DNA of 13,248 nt. It comes from Promethearchaeia archaeon. GTDB taxonomy: Archaea > Asgardarchaeota > Lokiarchaeia > Sigyniarchaeales > SOKP01. The stretch covers positions 1 to 13,248 of the forward strand of contig JAHQWH010000231.1 of NCBI GenBank assembly GCA_029856105.1, given 5' to 3'. Below, in pieces: positions 8,000 to 13,248 of this stretch. The notes beneath the pieces are model-generated. The model saw nothing but the letters and a program-made list of their open reading frames with translations, did not search any database and had not been told where the DNA came from. Positions within the stretch are counted from its first letter, which is position 1. Every line of letters starts with the position of its first letter. A program made the translations under genes and the position numbers.

Positions 8000-8526
8000 A
8001 GCCTATTAAACTTATTATTAATTCTAACTAAATCGTCTGGGTTTAAAAAAGAAATTCCAGTAACATTTCCCAGGATTTCTATTCTTATAATTTTGTCTGG
8101 ATTATCCAAATTAACTTTATTATTAACAACTTTAGCAATCGATTCAATGATAGTGTTTCTTTCTACTAACTCATTTTTCCTACGCATTAAATCAATCTTA
8201 AACGACTGATCTTTATTAATATAAATGCGATAATATTTATCTACGAATTCTTTGATAATTTTTGTATTAGTTTCACAAACATAATCAATTGGGATAATTT
8301 TTAAAACGAACTGAAAAAAATTAGGATCTTTTTCTATTATGTTTTTAATTTTAGATATAACTCCTTTATTATCAATATTAGTTACTGCTGTTATCAATCC
8401 AGGGTACTTTAGCCCTGAAATAATGGGGTATTTATCGCCACACATTAATAGAGTAAACCAGATTTCTGCTTTTGCGTTTGTCTCGTTATATCTTGAGGTT
8501 GAGATCAATAGATTAAAGTTGTTCAA
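7996..8526 (-). CDS. Stand-alone THUMP domain protein (Tan1/THUMPD1-like tRNA-binding protein)
   Basis: 176 aa; FNLLISTSRYNE, LKIIPID, SFKI...RR, KVNLDNPDKIIRIEILGNVTGISFL; TTG start preceded by GGGAG; no catalytic domain fused. Confidence 0.85.
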   Translation of the reverse strand: MNNFNLLISTSRYNETNAKAEIWFTLLMCGDKYPIISGLKYPGLITAVTNIDNKGVISKIKNIIEKDPNFFQFVLKIIPIDYVCETNTKIIKEFVDKYYRIYINKDQSFKIDLMRRKNELVERNTIIESIAKVVNNKVNLDNPDKIIRIEILGNVTGISFLNPDDLVRINNKFNRL

Positions 8527-8542
8527 ATTTTGCTCCCTATAT

Positions 8543-9211
8543 TTAATTTTCCTTTATTTCTAAAATGCTTTCGATATCTTCTTCTTTTATCAATCCAATT
8601 CGCAGTAATTTTAACTTTTCTGAGCTACAATCAACGATAGTTGTAGGAACTTTCGATTGTGATTTTCCTCCATCAATTATTAAGTCTATAGGTGTTAAAA
8701 ATTTTTTCGCAACTTCGCTTCCACTAATAGATGCTGTCTCTCCAGAATAGTTTGCTGAAGTCCCAATTATCCCACCAAAGCATCCTTTTAATTTCAGTTT
8801 TTTTAAGATATGTAAAACAATCTCGTTTTCAGGAACACGGATGCCAATAGTATTCTGAAAAGCAGTAACTTCTGGAGGGATGATATTAGGTTCTTTTTTT
8901 TTTAAAATTAAGGTTAGTTGACCAGGCCAAAAATGATCTGCTAGCTTTCTACCTAAAATGTTAAACTCAGCAATTTTAGAAGCTTCTTCAACATCCGCTA
9001 CTAACAATATTAATCCTTTAGATCGATCTCGAAATTTTATTTCGTAAATTTTTTCTACCACATCGAGATTTAGTGGATCTCCTCCAAGTCCATAGACAGA
9101 ATTGGTAGGAAAAGCGATAACTTTTCCTTCTATTATGTTGTCCACTACAATATTTAGAAAATATTCAATTTCTTCTATTTTTTTTCCTGCTAATTTAATT
9201 AAAAAACCCAT
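8543..9211 (-). CDS. tsaC: L-threonylcarbamoyladenylate synthase, short TsaC/YrdC form
   Basis: AFPTNSVYGLG, KFRDRSK (KxR), FWPGQLTLIL, GIRVP, TSANYSG (SxN), PTTIVD, LLRIG; 222 aa with no C-terminal SUA5 domain. Confidence 0.93.
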   Translation of the reverse strand: MGFLIKLAGKKIEEIEYFLNIVVDNIIEGKVIAFPTNSVYGLGGDPLNLDVVEKIYEIKFRDRSKGLILLVADVEEASKIAEFNILGRKLADHFWPGQLTLILKKKEPNIIPPEVTAFQNTIGIRVPENEIVLHILKKLKLKGCFGGIIGTSANYSGETASISGSEVAKKFLTPIDLIIDGGKSQSKVPTTIVDCSSEKLKLLRIGLIKEEDIESILEIKEN

Positions 9212-9261
9212 AATATTCGTTTAAAAATACAGTTTAATGATAGAAAATGAAGATAGTAATA

Positions 9262-9279
9262 ATTTAAAGATTATTTTTG
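9262..9279 (-). promoter_or_regulatory. Candidate TATA promoter for tsaC-THUMP
   Basis: Minus strand CAAAAATAATCTTTAAAT immediately after the beta-subunit stop, about 50 nt upstream of the tsaC ATG. Confidence 0.35.
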
Positions 9280-10212
9280 TTAATTTTCTTGACAACTTAA
9301 CTCAGCAGCAATTCGTTCCCAATTGCGATCGAGACGTTCTTGTAGTTCAATTAAATCCTTTTCTGAAAGCTTTGAGAATCTTTTTTGATTCGAAAGATAA
9401 TCGATCAAAGGCGTCCTCTTAGAAGGGTCTAATAGTGGTTGGCTCTTTTTTGAAAGTTTCATTATACCATTTTCAATCTCATATAATATCCAAGAACCTG
9501 TTTTAACGGCCAAACGCGCTAGTTCAATTGTACTTTCGGATTGATAACCCCATCCTGGCGGACATGGTGCTAGAATGTGAATATATCTACAACCCTTAAT
9601 TGATTTTGCTTTCTTAAATTTGTCGTAAAGATCAAGCGGTTCACTAACACTGCACGTAGCAACGTATGGAATCTCGTGAGCTGCCATTATAGCTGGAAGG
9701 TTTTTCTTATATCTTTCCTTTCCGAGCGTTGTTGTCGTTGTAACAGCCCCGTGAGGCGTGCTTGATGACCTCTGGATTCCTGTATTCATGTAAGCCTCGT
9801 TATCGTAACAACAATAAATAAAATCAGAATTTCTTTCAGCAGCTCCACTTAGACCTTGAATACCGATGTCTGTCGTACCTCCATCTCCAGCAAAAACTAG
9901 AGTCGTCATTTCCCCCCATACTTTACCTGGAAATCGGTAATTCTTTGCTTTGAAGGCGGCAGACATCCCAGTTGCTGCCGCCGCTGCCGCTGCAAATGCC
10001 ATGTTTGTAAAGGGAAAATTTGGTGCAGCTTTAGGCCATAATCCTACTACTACATTTAAACAACTAGCTGGTGAGACTAACGCTGTATTATGTCCTAATG
10101 CTTTCATTGCCCATCGTAGAGCAATTTCAAGCCCACAACCAGCACAACAAGAATTACCTGGAAGAAAAAATTCTTCTTGACAAGACTCTAATGCTTCTTT
10201 TAATTTTACCAT
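9280..10212 (-). CDS. 2-oxoacid:ferredoxin oxidoreductase beta subunit (VorB/PorB family)
   Basis: CCAGCG, PASC and APCPPGW Fe-S ligands; TPP motif GDGGTTDIG...YDNEAYMNTGIQRSSSTP; strong SD GAGGTGA upstream. Confidence 0.95.
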   Translation of the reverse strand: MVKLKEALESCQEEFFLPGNSCCAGCGLEIALRWAMKALGHNTALVSPASCLNVVVGLWPKAAPNFPFTNMAFAAAAAAATGMSAAFKAKNYRFPGKVWGEMTTLVFAGDGGTTDIGIQGLSGAAERNSDFIYCCYDNEAYMNTGIQRSSSTPHGAVTTTTTLGKERYKKNLPAIMAAHEIPYVATCSVSEPLDLYDKFKKAKSIKGCRYIHILAPCPPGWGYQSESTIELARLAVKTGSWILYEIENGIMKLSKKSQPLLDPSKRTPLIDYLSNQKRFSKLSEKDLIELQERLDRNWERIAAELSCQEN

Positions 10213-10215
10213 TAC

Positions 10216-11472
10216 TTATTTCACCTCTAATAGGCCATCCCAATAAGTGCCATAAAACATATCTTTTGGGAGCTCTCCGGTTTCGTTTAGTTTTATTAAC
10301 ATTTTTAATTGATTTTTTTGTTGTTCCAAAGTAACTTCTCTTCCGCCTAAACCGTTTATCATTGGTAGTATTCTAGCTGTGCCCTTAACATCGTGTAAAG
10401 CTGTCTTTACCTCGCAACTCACGGGTCCTCCCGTTGGGCTTCCAAACGCCGTTGCTCTATCAACTACTCCAAGAAGTGGTACTTTTTTAGCAATTTCAAT
10501 AATATCTTCAACTGGAAAAGGTCTAAAATGCCTTAATTTAACCATACCAACTTTATATCCTTCTTCTCTCAAATCATCAACTGCTTGTTCCATTTGTAGA
10601 GCTAAGTCCCCATAAATTACCATTCCTACATCTGCCCCATCCATTTTATATTCTTGAACTAAACCATTTCCGTAATTTCTACCAAAAATTTTTTCAAAAT
10701 CTTTTGCTACAGTCTTAATTTTCTCTTTAGCTCTAACCATGGCATCGTGGATCTTCATTCTGAATTCGTAATAAAATCCCGATGGCATGATGAGATTTCC
10801 AAACATTAGAGGCCTTTCCGGATCAATCCATATATGAGGCCATCCCTTTTCATCTGGCAAAGGTGGTAAAAATGAATCAACTAGTTCTTGATCTTCAACT
10901 ATTACAGGTTTAGACGTGTGAGATAATATAAATCCTCCATAGGCGACGAATTTAGGCAATAAAACATCGTAGTCTTCACATAACTTGTAGGACATTAAAA
11001 TTTCGTCGTAAATTTCTTGGTGAGTCGCACAAAATGCTGTCATCCACCCAGTGTCCCTGCAACTGAAGATATCTGTAAAATCAGCCCATATATTCCATGG
11101 CGGTGCGGGTCCCCTTGATGCGATGGTGGTGACAATTGGTAGTCTAGTCCCACTAGCCCAATGAAGCATCTCAAACATGTAAAAAAGGCCTTGTCCTGCC
11201 GTTGCTGTAAAAGTTCGAGTTCCAGTCATACTTGCTGCAATAACTGAGGCCATTACAGAATGTTCAGATTCAACTTTTATATACTGAGTTCCGGGCATTA
11301 ATCCATTATCAACAAATTCAGATAATTTTTCTACTACTGTTGTTTGAGGCGTAATCGGATAAGCGCTTATTACTTGAACTCTAGCAGACTTAGCGGCGTA
11401 AGCTGCAGAAATGTTTCCTTTAATTACAATAGTTTCTTTATCTTGAACAAAATCATTTGTGGCTTCAACCAT
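10216..11472 (-). CDS. 2-oxoacid:ferredoxin oxidoreductase alpha subunit (VorA/PorA family)
   Basis: AYPITPQT, VESEHS, TATAGQGL, EMLHWASGTRLPIV, RDTGW, FILSHT, FRPFP, GLGGRE; overlaps the delta stop codon by 8 nt. Confidence 0.95.
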   Translation of the reverse strand: MVEATNDFVQDKETIVIKGNISAAYAAKSARVQVISAYPITPQTTVVEKLSEFVDNGLMPGTQYIKVESEHSVMASVIAASMTGTRTFTATAGQGLFYMFEMLHWASGTRLPIVTTIASRGPAPPWNIWADFTDIFSCRDTGWMTAFCATHQEIYDEILMSYKLCEDYDVLLPKFVAYGGFILSHTSKPVIVEDQELVDSFLPPLPDEKGWPHIWIDPERPLMFGNLIMPSGFYYEFRMKIHDAMVRAKEKIKTVAKDFEKIFGRNYGNGLVQEYKMDGADVGMVIYGDLALQMEQAVDDLREEGYKVGMVKLRHFRPFPVEDIIEIAKKVPLLGVVDRATAFGSPTGGPVSCEVKTALHDVKGTARILPMINGLGGREVTLEQQKNQLKMLIKLNETGELPKDMFYGTYWDGLLEVK

Positions 11473-11815
11473 CTTTTATATCACTCTCTCTAACCATTTC
11501 AATATTCTTAGTAGGACATTCTTTTGCGCAGATCCCACAACCTTTACAATATAATAAATCAATTTCAAAATGCCCATCTTCTTTCTTTTCAATAACACCT
11601 TCGGGACAGTACATCCAACAAAACCCGCATTTATTACAATTATCTTGATCTATTACGGGTCTAAATGTTCTCCAATCTCCCGTCGTTCCCATATTTCCTT
11701 CGATAGGTAGAGAAATAGGAATTGGAGACAATTCTTTCCAATTTTTATATTCTTGAACTTTAGGGCGTTCTTCTTTAGATTTATTAATTTTCTTCCATTT
11801 TTCAGATTCAGACAT
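11465..11815 (-). CDS. 2-oxoacid:ferredoxin oxidoreductase delta subunit (2x[4Fe-4S])
   Basis: TGDWRTFRPVID, CNKCGFCWMYCP and YCKGCGICAKECP; SD GGAGGT upstream. Confidence 0.95.
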   Translation of the reverse strand: MSESEKWKKINKSKEERPKVQEYKNWKELSPIPISLPIEGNMGTTGDWRTFRPVIDQDNCNKCGFCWMYCPEGVIEKKEDGHFEIDLLYCKGCGICAKECPTKNIEMVRESDIKDG

Positions 11816-11817
11816 AA

Positions 11818-12393
11818 TTATACCTCCCTTACAGATTTATAAGCGTCTTGTGCCACAGTCATGTTTTTTTCTAACCTATTTTCTCCAAATTCTTTTTTAA
11901 GAACTTTTTCCATAATCTTAAGATCGTAATACCCCGTAATTCTACCAAAAGCCCCTAACATTGGAATATTTAGAATTGGTCCACTAGAATGCATGAATCC
12001 TCTATTAATGCAAATCCCTGTTGCATCTACTAAATACATCTTTATGTTTTTTGGAAATAAACTAAAATTGATCGGTTTAGCGTTATTAATTAATAGTGTA
12101 ACTCCTTCTTTAATCGTTTCTTTCACTCTTGGAATCTCTAACAAAGAAGTATCAAATATCATGATGTAATCAGGATTAACTACACTCTCGTAAGTTTTTA
12201 TAGGTTTATTCCTTGAAATTTTAGTGAATGCTTGAATTGGAGCACCTCTTCGCTCAGCACCTATAATCGGGATCGCAATAGCATCTTTAAAGCCTTTTTC
12301 AAAAGCTAATTGTGCTAATAACTGACTAGCAGTAATGGCGGTTTGACCACCTCGCCCATGAAATGTAATTTCTACTATTCCATTATCATTCAA
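11818..12393 (-). CDS. 2-oxoacid:ferredoxin oxidoreductase gamma subunit
   Basis: HGRGGQ, GAERRGAP, PDY...D, VDATGI, NIPMLGA; TTG start. Confidence 0.93.
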   Translation of the reverse strand: MNDNGIVEITFHGRGGQTAITASQLLAQLAFEKGFKDAIAIPIIGAERRGAPIQAFTKISRNKPIKTYESVVNPDYIMIFDTSLLEIPRVKETIKEGVTLLINNAKPINFSLFPKNIKMYLVDATGICINRGFMHSSGPILNIPMLGAFGRITGYYDLKIMEKVLKKEFGENRLEKNMTVAQDAYKSVREV

Positions 12394-12413
12394 TTCTTTT
12401 TCACTTATTTATT

Positions 12414-12429
12414 ATTTAAAGTTATAAAC
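12414..12429 (-). promoter_or_regulatory. Candidate TATA box(es) of the oxidoreductase operon
   Basis: Minus strand GTTTATAACTTTAAAT, 21-36 nt upstream of TTG 12393. Confidence 0.4.
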
Positions 12430-12528
12430 ATTAACAAAGTTATCAATATAGGTTAATTTTTTGATTTCCATATAAAATTATTATCGTGTTATTAAGGATA
12501 AAATACTTTCCAATACATTAAAAATTTC

Positions 12529-12547
12529 TGGAAAAAATTTATAAGTT
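12529..12547 (+). promoter_or_regulatory. Candidate BRE-TATA promoter for the ZPR1 gene
   Basis: GGAAAAAATTTATAAGTT, near-identical to the element before rpl37ae (GGAAAAATTTAAAGTT). Confidence 0.45.
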
Positions 12548-12677
12548 AGCTGTTTAATAAGTAATAGCCCATTATAAAGAATAAAATACATAAAAAAAAT
12601 CTCGCTTAATTGAATCAAAGGAGTTTTAGATTTTTTACTTAAATGGCAACGATTCAACTAAAGGGATATATGAAGCT

Positions 12678-13247
12678 ATGTCAGAGAGAGCTGAAAAAAC
12701 CGAAATTAATTATTCCTTTAAATGTCCAATTTGTAACGAAGGAAAAATTGAAATTAGTAAGGTGACATACGATGTACCAGACGGAGATAAAATATTAATT
12801 ATTAAATTTGAATGTAACCTATGTAATTATTCTAATAATGATATAATCCCTTTAACAACTAATTTTACTCCAGGTATTATGAAGTTAAAGGTTTCGAATG
12901 AAGACGACTTAAAATCTAAAATATATCGTTCCCCAGTAGGGTCATTAGAAATTCCAGAATTAGAATTAATTGTTAACCCGGGTCCTAGAGCTGATTTTTA
13001 TTATACTAATGTAGAGGGTATTTTGTTTCGATTTGAAAACGCAGTTTCAATTTATAGGAAAAATCTCGAGAAAGACGACGCTCAAATAAAAGAAATTGAT
13101 AAAATTTTACAAGACTTGGGAAAGGCTCTAAAGGGAGAATTTAAGTTCACACTAGTTATAACTGATACTGGAGGGGGAAGTTATATTATTCCTAACGATA
13201 AAGCAAAATATTCATTCGAAAAATTTGAGTCGAAAGAATTAAATTAA
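12678..13247 (+). CDS. ZPR1-type zinc finger protein (single archaeal module)
   Basis: CPIC...CNLC zinc ribbon, RS....IPELEL.VNPGP, TNVEGIL, FTLVITD...S.I; 189 aa. Confidence 0.9.
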   Translation: MSERAEKTEINYSFKCPICNEGKIEISKVTYDVPDGDKILIIKFECNLCNYSNNDIIPLTTNFTPGIMKLKVSNEDDLKSKIYRSPVGSLEIPELELIVNPGPRADFYYTNVEGILFRFENAVSIYRKNLEKDDAQIKEIDKILQDLGKALKGEFKFTLVITDTGGGSYIIPNDKAKYSFEKFESKELN

Positions 13248-13248
13248 A

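Noticed and set aside
9973-9993. GC-rich GCN run seen as a possible repeat
   Set aside because: Encodes seven alanines with mixed codons inside the beta subunit; not a microsatellite or array.
7344-11467. TGA stops of ecfT and the delta subunit as possible selenocysteine readthrough
   Set aside because: Both proteins are complete at these stops, each overlaps the start of the next gene, and no SECIS-like element was recognised.
8339-11648. Short plus-strand ORFs (8339, 8565, 9237, 9950, 10071, 10379, 11457)
   Set aside because: Antisense to well-supported THUMP, tsaC and oxidoreductase genes.
12643-12765. 40-codon ORF overlapping the ZPR1 start in another frame
   Set aside because: No well-spaced SD and no recognisable motif; length expected by chance.

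Overview
AT-rich archaeal housekeeping region; gene content and style suggest an Asgard/Lokiarchaeia-like organism (inference, not verified). Left end: a long minus-strand gene (2619 to <1) missing from the ORF track because it runs off the window. It encodes a PEP-utilising dikinase with rifampin-phosphotransferase/PigC-type domain order (ATP-grasp, central substrate domain, C-terminal phospho-His swivel). Divergent from it is a plus-strand cluster rpl37ae-pcc1-pfdB-DHH/DHHA1 phosphoesterase-ecfA-ecfA'-ecfT-cgi121. This meets, with overlapping stop codons, a minus-strand run made of a four-subunit 2-oxoacid:ferredoxin oxidoreductase operon (gamma-delta-alpha-beta, motifs closer to VOR than POR), a short TsaC/YrdC and a stand-alone THUMP (Tan1-like) protein. 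A divergent single-module ZPR1 gene closes the window. I saw no rRNA, tRNA, CRISPR or mobile element. Most interesting: the hidden dikinase of unknown substrate, the concentration of tRNA-modification genes (pcc1, cgi121, tsaC, THUMP), an ECF module without an S component inside a translation operon, and the missing rpoP/Brix/exosome neighbours of rpl37ae.
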